Assembly: GCF_002105155.1 (NCBI RefSeq)
Contig: NW_019028981.1
Coordinates: 1-64,000 of the forward strand
Direction of reading: 5' to 3'
Source of the DNA: Lobosporangium transversale
Taxonomy: Eukaryota
Length of the DNA: 64,000 nucleotides
Of the stretch, positions 42,667-55,102 are shown one piece after another. Positions within the stretch are counted from its first letter, which is position 1. Each line of letters starts with the position of its first letter. Both the position numbers and the translations under genes were made by a program. Below the pieces are notes generated by a model. It was not told the DNA's origin. It did no database searches and saw only the letters and a list, made by a program, of their open reading frames with translations.

Positions 42667-44954
42667 ATGCCCAAAAGAAAAGCTGAAGCCACGGCCAATG
42701 ATAAACCCACAAAGGGGGCAGCGAAAGCCAAGAAGACATCAGTTAACTCCAGAGTATCCAAGGCCAATAACAAGGCTTCTGCATCAGAGGTTAGTAACTA
42801 ACGACTTTAATACTTCCATTCATATCCACCATGTCCAGATTATTAGACATGAGCGAAGGACAGTCCCCTTTGCACACAGTTCCTTCTCCCCCTTGACTGT
42901 TCGCCGCACGAAAATAATGGTCCTTGGCTTTCTATTCCTCATAAACCATCCGCCCTTTTTCTTTTCCTTTCTTTTTTTTTTTTTTTTCTTTTTTTTTTTT
43001 TCCTTTTACTTCCACTCCTTATAATATTACTCTTAAAATATCTCGTGGGATCATTCTCCTTCCTTTTGTGCACCAAGACATTTTGGGTACCTTATACTTC
43101 GTTCGGGAAACGCTCCTTACCGTTTTTTTTTTTTTAATTATTTGTTAATTCAACGCCATGGGCAGCAAAAACAGTAAAGACATCATCAAATCAAGAGGAA
43201 CAAAGGTTGACACAACTACAGGATCGAAATCCCGCTCAACGTAAGGACGTATATGCCTGCCATGGATTGCATGCTACACACACAGCAACAATGCAGATTT
43301 TGACGTTCATAACGTTCATTCTATTCATCTGACATCTTGGAATTGTCGAGTAGACTCAAGAATAATGGCGCAGTGGTCAACAGAACCCCAGCAACAAAGT
43401 CTCCCGTACCACCGGTACCAGTACCCACACCAACGCCGGCACTAGCGGCAAAAGTATGCCTCTTTCATTCTCCCTTTCGACATCCACTTGAAGAAACCCA
43501 ACGTTCCTACTCCAATCCTTCAGAAACCTATCTTAGACGGAACTATACTTCTCACAAACACTATTTCTGCTCTCACTTTTTGACCATTTAGAAACGATTC
43601 GATCCTGAACGGTGCTACGCATGGTTCAAGTCGTACACAGGTATGGATGGACATGATATCGAAGAAAAGCAAATTAATGTCTGCTGGTGTTAAGGCGCTT
43701 CTCCTTTTTTTTGCAATCTTGCCACGACATTAATTTCTTGGATTAATTGTCATCTGCTAGGCCTGGAAGAAAATGAGGATTTTGATAAAGATCAAATAGG
43801 ACCTGCTGGTATCGCAAAACTGTGCGAAGACATCGATGTATCTCTGGAAACAGTAAGTACTCTCCTTGCGTCAGGTCTGGCAGAATTTTGCATTGAAATC
43901 TTGAGGATATATACAATAAAGTAAAAGATATCTTCGAGTCAAGTATTAATGTGTAAAGAACAAGTATACAGCAATTTTGACAAAAGCTAATTAATTGCCT
44001 GCCTGCTGGTGTTTGGAATTTTCACTCTCACCTCTCATTAAATATGCTGCTATCATAGGTTGACATGCTGGTTCTCGCTTATCATTTGCAGGCTGACACG
44101 ATGCGTAAGTTTAGGAGAACTGATCAATAGCCACGTGATACCCAGGATATTGGAGCCCTTTCTAACCTGTGTCGCATTTTATTTATTTCCATCTATTACA
44201 GCTATTTTTACCAAAGATGAGTGGATGAAAGGAATGAAGGAGCTTGAGTATGTTCATTGTCGATCGATCTATCACTATCGCTGCATGTGGATATTATTTA
44301 TTAGAGTGTTTTAGTTTAACCAAAATATGCTTGACGGCAAACTTTAGGTTGGATTCGACGGAGCAATTGAAAGCTGCAATGCCCGGCTTAGTCGCAACAC
44401 TCAAGGATCCGAAGAAATTCAGGGAGGTTTATCGCTATGTCTTTATGTTTGCCAAGGACTCTGAGCAAAAGTGTATGCCATTGGAGGTAATTAACAATGG
44501 TTTTATATCTATGGCGATGGCCTGCTAATATATCAATCATGATGATGAGATGCGAACATAGTTGTTATTATGGTCTAATGAATCGCTGTTGCGTTGTTGT
44601 AGGTTGCCTGTGCAATGCTACAGACCGTGTTGAAAGGAAGGCCGCATGAGGAGCGATTTGTGGAGTTTTTGGAAACAAAGAGACCAGTCAAGGTCATTAA
44701 CAAGGACCAATGGTACAACTTTCTGGACTTTTCAGAGACAATAGCTGAGGATCTGTCCAACTATGATGAAGCAAGTTCTGCATGTAAGTCATGCTTGCTT
44801 TCATGGATATTATGTCTGTGATATGAACAGGTACGAGATGATGAACTTGTTTGTTGATCGATCGGTCAATACTTTTTTTTTTTTTTTTTTTGTTTACATA
44901 GGGCCTGTTCTTCTAGATGATTATGTTGAGTGGCGAAATGAGCAGTCTTCGTAA
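42667..44954 (+). CDS. DCN1-like cullin neddylation E3 (PONY domain), DCUN1D4/5-type, with an alternative start at 43158
   Basis: [17 protein letters not shown]...[13 protein letters not shown]...[10 protein letters not shown]...[13 protein letters not shown]...[14 protein letters not shown]...[18 protein letters not shown]. Confidence 0.9.
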
Positions 44955-45226
44955 AGAGAGTCATAAATGTCACCTTGGGCGAGACACGTATATAGTCTAA
45001 TAATGACATGACATGGTGGACATAATAGATGTCGTCCAAACAGAATAAACAAAAATAAAGGTTGAAGAGTCTTCACATTGCATGTCACTAAATAATTGTG
45101 TAGCAACACAGCTCTGTTGTAGCAGAAGAGAAGAACGTCTTCTCCGCATGGATTTTTTATTTCACTTGAGTCGATCTATTAAGCTGAAATATTGGCACGT
45201 CGACATGCCCTATCCGTCCATTCCCT

Positions 45227-45787
45227 TTAGCAGTGTTTGGCGGTAACGGTGGCGCTCCGGCAAAAGATTGTGTTACCGTTGCCATTAATGGTGACGATCT
45301 CGAGTTCAACGGGAGTCTATGTAATGAAAGCATCCAAATAAACCATCGGTAATATCAGTGCTAACCATATTTATCATTAGTAATTCTTTTTCAAAAAAAA
45401 AAAAAAAAAAAAAAAAAAAAGACATACATCAGCAATTACATTGCCCTCGATTGGCATGCACAGAGTGAGGGAGGTCAAGGTAGTAGGGACTGGACAAGGG
45501 TATCCTTGCTGGGCCAAGAGTATACAAAGATCAAGGGTCTTAGAGTAAACGACTTGGCCGGCGAACTTACCCTCGAACTTGAGCTTAGCACCTTGAGTGA
45601 CAGGGGCCTTCAACTTGCCAGTAACAGTAGCACAGGCTTTCTTGCCGATGCAGAAGGGATTAGGGGACAATGTATAAGAATCAACCTTCAGATCTACAGG
45701 ACCAGTAGAGCAGTCCGAGTCTAGTGCATGAGCGGTGGTGATGGCAGCAACAATGAGAAAAGATGCGAAAATAATGAGGATCTTCAT
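45227..45787 (-). CDS. Secreted ML-domain (NPC2/MD-2-like) lipid-binding protein, 2 exons
   Basis: Signal peptide; DCS...LSPNPFCIG...DLC...CPVP...|...NGNTIFCRSATV cysteine pattern. Confidence 0.85.
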
Positions 45788-48700
45788 GGCAAACTTTGGA
45801 GGGAAAAAGATTGTTTTAAAGAGCGAGTATGATATCTGCGTTAAGAGTGAGGAAGAGGGAGAAAGCAAGAGAGAATCACATCCTTTTATGCCTGTCTCGC
45901 CAAATTGCTTAAATGTAAGCTTTGATTAGAGTATACTTTACGCTAATGGGTCAAGTATGTGCCTGTAAGAACAGAACGTGAAGGGCCAGAATGAATGAAG
46001 AGGTATGTAAACAGAGAATCTTGATAAGACTAGATCTATGAGAGGTCAAATATTCATGTATCCACAAACTAATTCCAATACACTGCGATAAATAAGTTGT
46101 GATTTCAGGGAACAGTCGCGAAATTTTATTTGCTGGACAACCGAACAACGAGCGGAGGATTGAGTGTACATGAACATTTTTGTTCCACTGTTTAATCAAG
46201 ACTATTATATTTGCAACGGTCATGGTGCGCATTTTAGGATAGGAAACTACTAATGGCGCCATTCTCTCACTTCTTTTTTTTTTCTGTGAAAGGGTTGAGC
46301 AAGTGAAGCTCAGATATTTTTCCAGAATAAGACCCTTCTTCCTAACAGCAAGATAAAAATCACCCTTAGGACGACGAAGAATCATCAGAGGGATATTTAC
46401 CATCATTCCCTTCCCTAAACTGATGGATAGGCCAAACATACATTCACTAATTGATACTTATTATTACAGTCTATTCATAATGTTATTGACAGATCATTCA
46501 CCCTAATAGGCAAGGGAAAAAGGAATTGGCCTTTAGACCTGAAAGGCTTTGTACTCTCATCACATGCCAATGTATACGGGTGATTACCATTTCCCCTTTA
46601 ATGCCATCCAAGAAACAAAAAACTTGGTACACTAATGTTCATCTAGACCGTGCCTTGACACGTTCAGCTCTGGATTCTTTATTATTATTATTATTATTAA
46701 ACGTATTTAATTCACACTTTATGCATCAGTTACATGCGCACAAGAGATTAGTCGAGCCATTCCTCATGAATTTCAGAAAAAAAGAATATACTACTTTTTA
46801 AGAAACAAGTAGCAACTTATTAAGTGCTATATTTTTACTATAAACATTGGTTGGAGCGAAACCGCAATGAAGTTGATCTCCTTTGAACCTAGTCGAAAGC
46901 CAAATGCATCGCCATTGGTTTAAATAGAGTTAAAACAAAAAAAAGCCGAGTGTCGCGTTTCAATCAATGTTTGCCACTCAATTTCAGAGTTCTAAAGTGT
47001 CCAAATTACCTTTGCAAATAATGAAATGTAGCCTTGACTGGTTTGCCTATGAAAGCACGACTGTGCGCATTTATAACCTGCAGTGGTCCCTTGAAATCGA
47101 CTTTCTTGGATGCAGCCTTTTCTGCATGGTCCATATTCATAGGCAGGGCTGCCATAGACACCATTGCATTGGTAAATGTAATCGTACTTACATCCACTGA
47201 GCAATCGAGACTGTCCGCAGTGCTTTCCAGCCGTGTGATTGACGCAGATGCAGGCGCATCGCTGGAAGACATGAAAAAGAGAGCAGCAAAGACGGTGGTA
47301 AGGAAAAACTGGGACCTTCATTTTTGGCAGAAGAGAAAGTTGGAATCTGAGAAAGTGTTTGCGTTTCGACAGGGTAATTTGCAGCCTTCTTATAGTGAAA
47401 AAAGACGAAAACTAAGAAAGCTCATTGGTGAGAGGAACGAACCACTGTCCTTTCTCTCATCGTCTTTACCACAACGCCGCCAATGCTGAAGTGGTAAAAG
47501 ATGATGAGAGAGGGATAATGTTTCATTTTCTCTCTGCATGAAAATGATATGAGAACAGCTGCTATACTATTGACTTGCACGTACCAAATAATAACACATG
47601 CCAACAGGTAACATGCTCATTATTAATATAGGATCTATTATTGCATGTAGCTGGTGTCTTGTCACCTCCCTAGGTCTGAGCTTGGGTTTTTTTTTTTTTT
47701 TGCAAAATTTTTTACTTGACCAAAAAGTATTCAGCCCAAATCCAGCATTGTCAAGCGCTTAGATTAAGACCGGCGCGGGCAGTGCTTAGTGAAAATGAGA
47801 ACGTCCACAAACAAATATATGTAATTAGGGCTTTTTGTTCCCTTACTATCGGCTTTTCCAATCATGTTGAAGCAAAATTCAGTAAGCGTTGCATGTTCGT
47901 TCACTAAACTGTCACGAAATAAGATTGTTTTTTACGGAAAAAATATTTTTGCAACAGTAATCGACTTTCTAGATAGTTGGTCTTCAGTTTTGCCTGAGCA
48001 AGCAATGACTTGAAGTTACCATCTGTCGAATCATGGCGGAGCATCTTTTAGCCATGCTGGAACGCGTGATTGACCGTCTTTTCTGATTCCTAGTGCATAT
48101 GAAATAGGCCTCTAGATCCCAAGCCTTACTATATAGGGCCGTCGTGCAGGCCGGAAAGCATTTCCGTGACACTAGCCCAAAATGGAAAGAGACAAGTCCA
48201 TTATAGGCGATTGTTATTGATGAGGGTATTGTAAGTTGTAGAGTAGCCTTGTTACTACAATCAACTGAGATTTAGCCAATTGTTCTATTTGTTTTACTAT
48301 ATAATTATATTTTGGAGTTGCTGGCGCATTTTTTATTTTTTTCCCTTTCCTTTAGCAATCCTACAGTCAACACTTTGAAGAATGCTTCTGATAGTTCATC
48401 TTCCAATCAGCTTTGGAAAAACAAGGCTTTTAACCAAATCTAGACTTTGGTTAGTCTCTCTTATCACTCGGAGGGATAGTAGTTCAAAATCACACGAGTA
48501 TGTATTATTTATTATCAATATAGATGGATTGATGAGTAATCTTCAATTTGTCCATTCTCCCAAGCCTGCGGTGGGTATCGTCGGAAAGGAAAGGGGAGAT
48601 GGAGTGGATGAATGCCTTAGATTTCAACGGGTATAGTCACGGGCACCGGAGCTCGAGTACCCCTCACATAATACGAGGGGCGTTGCCATTTTCTTGCCCC

Positions 48701-50579
48701 GCATGTACGTCTCCGATTTCTGATAGCAGCAATCGTGCCTATAACAAATTGCTGTGATATTAGGCGCACAGAAATCATTATTAGTAATGTTAACATTGAG
48801 GGATTGTAGTAAGAGATTTCAGTATTGGTATGATTGAAAGCAAAAAGTCTTGTTTACATGTGCTGCAACCAGAGGTTCGCGAAAAGGTAACAATAGCCCA
48901 ACTGAAGATTGTTCATTGGGAGGTCAAGCAGCTCCATGGTATTACGCATGTACAAGGCTTCATATCCTAAGGGCATGAAGAGCACATCACAGCAGCACGC
49001 GAACAGAAGGCAATCAAAGTCAGGATTCATACAATTTGTGTAAATGAAGCTGAGTAATATCTAACCGATAATCAGAGATGGTACCTACCACTAGCAAGGA
49101 AGCCAATTGCGGCAGGATTGCACACATCAGCGGCGAGTAATCGATCAAGTATGGTTTCCCATCTTGCAAGACAATTTACGCCTGTCTCCCTCCAGAGTAT
49201 CGACATCTGCGCCCGAGTCCTTCACCCCATCAACCGCAAACGGTAGACTACCCTTTTCTGTGAAGCAGTCAGGGATGTAAGTTTCCTCAAACCCTGCAGG
49301 CGTTAGTAGCGGATCCCTGGCCTTGGACGGAATGGCACAAATAAATAGATCTGTTATGTGAGTAGGCTGTTTAGAGGATAGCAAAGAGATAAGAGACGAT
49401 CGCATTTTACATACTAATGGTCAACCGCTCAAGGTCTCTGAAACTCCCACGATGATATTTTGGTAAGGCTTTCATCGTCAGCAGATTCTGGTACTAGATA
49501 CATCACACCAAGCACACCAGAAAAGGCGAGTGGTGAAAAGGGTATTATTCAGACTTTCCACTCCTTTCCGCCTTGTCCTTGCCAAATGATAAGGCAGAAT
49601 GTCGGTGATGAGGCGTGGTGGCCGATAGTACTTCTCTTCTTTCGGTTATTGCCGCGTCTTTCTCGCACTCCTTCACAGTCAGTTCCACGATTCAATTGGA
49701 TGGAGTCCTTTTTTTTTTTTTTTTTTTTTTTGTGTATTTCTGGATGTTAGGGTATTTTGAATTTAGAAGTCAACTGTGTTTTTCTCAAACTCTGACTCTC
49801 TTGCTATTGCATACGAGATATTGGTCCTTCCATCGATTATGAGACAAGGGATCGCCTCCTTGCGTGAGTGGACAACCTCGAGCCTTAGTCCTGACGTTCA
49901 GGGATTATTGCCAGATGTGAATGCCTCCCCCGTTGCAAAGTATATACCGCAGAAGCTAAAAAGCGGATCAAGATAACCCTTTTGCATTGCATCTATTAAT
50001 GATACTAATACATTTTATCATCTCAATGACATAGATACAGGGAATTGGAGCATTGACGCCGAGGTATGACCAGGGATACTCAAATAAATATTAATTGATG
50101 ACAGCATATACATGAAAACCCAAGACTTGGCTAGAACCAAAATTTTATTACAAGAAAGAATGAGGCTGTTGGCTTTAGATCAATTCTGTAGCCCTTTTGT
50201 CAAGCAAAGTGATCCATAACTTAGCGCCATAGTGACTTCAGTCATCAAGCTGTATCAGTACCACAAGGCTTTTGAGAACAGAAAGAGTTGGTGGGTAGCA
50301 CCCTGTATGGCGGCGTCTAGTGAATATACTGTAAATATACTTTTTAGAGTGCCATCAAGGGCTACCATTAAAGAGTTACTTTATTTCGTACCCCTTCGTG
50401 TATACCTAAATGTTTACCAGAATTGCATTATCACTACCCATGCATGTCAATGAGACAATGTTCTTTTACTATAATTCAACGGGTTGAGTACTTGTACCAA
50501 TTTAACTTTTCTTTGATCAAGTATTGATGTCATGCTTCGAAGTTTGGAACTAAATTCTTATTCATTATTATTTTCTGGT

Positions 50580-53500
50580 TTAGATACATCTACATGACAA
50601 CGAGAACACTATTGGGCCACCATGTGGGTTTTCAACCTCATTAGGCACGGGTGGGGAAGGAGCACCGATCCGGACTCTGTCCTCCGAAGCAAACGATATT
50701 TCACCTGCGCCTGTAGGCAGACAGACTGTCTCACGGAATGGATGCTCTAACTGCACAACAAGTTCTTGCATCCATTGTCCATACTCCACCCAACCTAACC
50801 TCATTCCCGTCACTTCGTTCCAAGTCTGAACCAGTGTTCGAATTTGTTCCAGCGAAGATGAAGACGATGACGATGAGGAAAAGATGTCGGATTTATTCTC
50901 GCTACCTCCTTCTGCCCCTCCTCCTCCGTCTGCAGAAATCCGGATCGTGAACTTTTGCACTTCTGGCCGCCGAACCAACGATTGAAGAGCCCTCATAAAC
51001 ACAGAGTTGCCACGTGTTTGTGGGGTCATGAACCAAACCAACTCATGGAACCAAAGCCCATCAACTGCCGCATGTTGCGCCAACAACTCTAAAGATTGAG
51101 CTTGCACAAACTCAGCATCAATATTCAGGGCTTTGGCTACTCGGCTCAATGATTGTAGGTACGGGCGAAATGAGTCGTCATAGGATGTAATCATTAATTG
51201 TGTTTGGTCCATCCTTCGTGTACAAGATGATTCGAGACAATGACCCCTCAGGTCGTTCAACCGTAAAAGAACTGGCTGGCGGTGGTCTTTCCTTCTTAAT
51301 TTATCAAATGTTAATCCTGTCAGGGCACCACTATCGCTACCATCGTCATCGTCATCATCATCCAAAGCAAGTGCAGCTGCAGCTGCAATCGCCTCTGCTT
51401 CCAACAACTCTTGTGTCAAAAATGACCACCATTCCGCAAAATATACTGTCTCACAAGCTAAATCCATAGTTTGAAGAGATACAATGTTATTAAGGATCAC
51501 ATTGTGCATGGCTTCGAATGTTCCCATATCTGTTTTAGGGGCTTGGTCAATGTCCAGTTTTCAAGCCCCACTAGATGCTGTAAAAACACAGTTGGCGGTC
51601 GACAAGTCCTACGTTGGACTTTTCGAATTGCTGCTCGTCGAGGTTGATCCTTATCTTGGTCGTCATGGACCTGCCAAATCACCCCCTCTGCAGATTCGAG
51701 GGTTGAGACACTCAAGTTTAAATACGTGAGCTTGCCAAAGTTAGGGATCTTGTCCTGGAGTGAGTACATCATCTGGTGCAAATCAGAAATTTGAGTCTCG
51801 AGTTCTCGCAATTCGCGACAACATGCGACTACAGAGGCGAAAGTCTGGGCATTAAAGTACCGTGTCCAATGCCGGATTGCCAGATGACGCAGTGTAATAC
51901 TGTTGTGCAGCGACAGTACAAAGTTGTTATTATTATTATTGTTGTTGGTGGTGGTAGTGGCGATAATGTTGCCAGCAGTATTCTTCTGTTCCTCGGCTAG
52001 CTGTAGAAGGCTCTTAGAAGCATGTCGCCGGAACTCAGTTAATGAAAATGATTCAACAGGCCCCTGGGCTTCAAGCGATATTTGATCCGGGAAAAGGTAA
52101 CCATCGAATTTCTCGACTGTGAAGGACATTAATCCTCTATGGCAGATATACCCAACAATGGAAGGAAACTTGGTCTTTTCTGCCTTTTTATGCCCACCAC
52201 CTTTCCATCGTCTTGGTCCGATTGAGTCAATTCATCAGGGTCCCGATCAAATATTGTGCAATAGCCCCCGCAATCGATTGTCAACTCGCGCAAAGTGGAT
52301 GCATGAACCGCTTCACATAACTCCTAGATCTTCTTCTGTCACACCACTTTTGAAATGCCTTTCATCGTCATCTTCGTCATCAGCATCGGACAATCCTCTC
52401 TTGCACTCATTGGCGTTATCATCACGAGGCCATGCTAAGCGGATCTTGAGTTTGATCAGACATTTATACTCGACCAGCATGGCATAAAACATTCGGGCGT
52501 CTTCTCTCTTGAAAAATTGTATCTCACAACTCTTCTCGATAGGGACACAATCTCCATGGTGTTGTTGAATAAACTCCTTGAGTCGCTGTGCTGCAAAGAT
52601 GTTACAAAAGACTGCGTTATGTGATGGACATAGCCACAAGATCCCTTCGCTCATAGCAAAATTACTCATCTGGCAAAGGACTCGTCCACCTAGGATTTTG
52701 GAATCTGTACACAATGCTGTACTATTGTTGGCACTGCTGTCACCGCTTGGGCTGCTGCAATAGATCGAGCCATCACATCATGTGGGCCCAAAAATCAGCT
52801 GCTTGAAGATTAGGGAAAGCAGATTCATACTCCTCAAAATCTTTCTCGTCCACTGTTGGGTGTTCTTGAAAATCCAGTAATGCTTCACGAGCACGCGTAG
52901 TTGTTGTCAAGAACCGGATGGCTGCACGGATCCGTCCTGCAATGTGTGAAGGATCGATTGGTGCATTCATCATGGCATCTTCACTGCTATTTCCAAAATA
53001 CATTGAGGAATTGGTGATTCCGTTGGGTACAGTAGGGTCATGACTATCCTGAAGAGCACGTAAAAGGCTGAGCATTGGAATCGTATACACAGACAAGAAT
53101 TGGTCTAGATCAGCTAGTCGGAAGCCGCCCACGCCAATATCATCCATAGGATGATGATGGGGGTATTGGTAACATCGATGATAATAAGGTTCCTCGCTAT
53201 CATCCCTCATTTCGGAGTCTATAGAATCATTTGCTGGACCCATAGGAGAGTGCTCTTCTGTACACAGATGAAGTCTCAATGGCCATTCATCTTGCCCGCC
53301 ACCATAGTCACACATGAAATAAAGTCGAAACTCTAGTTCTGATAAGCCTTGCGTTGCAGACATAGACGCCCTGTTATTCATTGTCTCAAATGCATGCACA
53401 TCATGCGTATCATGTGTATGTACTTGTGCATATGGATGTGCATGCGCATATGTTGACTGCAGCCAACGTTCCCTATAGCGATTGTAGCTCTTGAGGGTTG

Positions 53501-53883
53501 GTAAGATCACAAATAAACTTGGGGCAGCAGCAGCTGTTGCTGTTGTCACTGTTGTTGCCGAATTACCATCATTCCTACCACTACGTGAACTATCATCATT
53601 GTCATTATCGCTGTCGTTATCATGATCATCTGGAATGCCAGCCTTGCGTTGTTTCAGAAGCATCCTACGGGCTATATGCTTCAGTTCGCGATCGACATTT
53701 GGATCATGCAACAGCAACATGGAGCTGAGAGGTTGATGCTGCGGAGGGGTTGCAATCCATTGAGAAGAGTTGTTTTGGGAGGAATTTTGGCAAATATGGG
53801 CAATATCATGATAAATGTGTCATATGATATTGATATGGCTGGTGATGGTGATATTGTGGGTAGCTATGTCCGAAGAAACCCAT
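50580..53883 (-). pseudogene. Frameshifted LRR/RNI-like gene (about 1100 aa if repaired); pseudogene or local assembly error
   Basis: Consecutive coding-like segments in shifting frames with no convincing introns. Motifs LFVILP, FRLYFMCDYG, ILWLCPSH, LRELTID, LRELETQ, LTYLNLS recall, from memory, a large Mortierellaceae LRR-like family. Confidence 0.6.
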
Positions 53884-55102
53884 GGTTGTAAAAGAGGCAG
53901 AATGCGTGTTAAAGAAAGTAAATAATAGTAAGTGTAATAAATGAGGAAGGAAGGTGAGTGGATTGATGAGAAAAAAAAAGAAAAAAAAAAAAAAAAATAA
54001 AAAAAAAAGAAAAAAGAAAAATGGTGTTATTGGCTGTTGAGAGTTGGAAAATATGGACGTGGGTAGTAATTGACAAGTGGAGGAGGTGGGCAGTTTATAG
54101 TTTATTATTATCGTGATTGTTCTCTGGAGGAGAAAGGAAAAAGGAAGGATAAAGTAAGAAACGTTTATCGAAGGTCAGTGCTGCTCTCACAAATGGTGAA
54201 CAAATGTACATTGTACACGTCTTTTGGTTTTTTTGGGCAGGACTAACCGAAAATGTCAAAACCACGCTCAACCATCCAACGTGAGCTCTTTTTTTATGTA
54301 TCATGCAAATGCATCAATGCATTGATACATTGATGCCAATGGAGCCATTCAAAAAAAAAAGGAAATGAGCACAAAAAAAGGATGCCAAGGAAAACGCGAT
54401 TAGGGACCATATTACGACGTTCATTTTTTTGCATGAAGCTTACAAGATAAATGGCCAAAGTGACTGATTCATAGAGAAAGTATGGAAAAAAAAAAAAAAA
54501 AAGAAGTAATGGTAGCTTTTCTGCCTTTATTTTCTCGAGTAGCCAAGTCAGTATGGGATAATTGTTACATCTGAATTCTGTACACTTTATTGGAGGTTTC
54601 CCTCTCGTTTGTCGATGGGTACAAAACGTAAAATAAAAAAAAAGGCGTGTGCGCAATCTCCTCGCAAGCATAATGTGAGCCTTATCACCTTTTTTCTTTC
54701 TGTTTGGCACATGAGCAACGAGCATTCACTATTCTCGCAGGATGGGTCGGCTCCTGCATGTAGGAGGACCAAAAAAAAAAAAAAAAAAAAAAAAAAAAGA
54801 TGATGTGTTCAATCCTTCTGTCACAAGAACAACTCAATCATGACCTAACGGTCTTTTTATTTTCATTGCTTTTCACGCAGGATTATGCATGCGCAAGTCG
54901 GGTTATTTTTTTATTTTTCGGCAATCTGTGGTGAGGACAAAGGAAAGAGTGACATTTATCAAGCATGTGTATATCCCTATGGAGAAAGGAGCCAGGAAAT
55001 TCACCGCGTATGGATGAATGCTTTTTTACTGAAATATGATTCAGGGTGTGTCGAATTTAGACTTTTTTTTTATTTTTAATCCTATATTTTTACTGGTCCT
55101 CC

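Noticed and set aside
52313..52775. Selenocysteine or stop-codon readthrough at the ATG-TGA sites
   Set aside because: Coding continues in a different frame and the same frame soon hits further stops.
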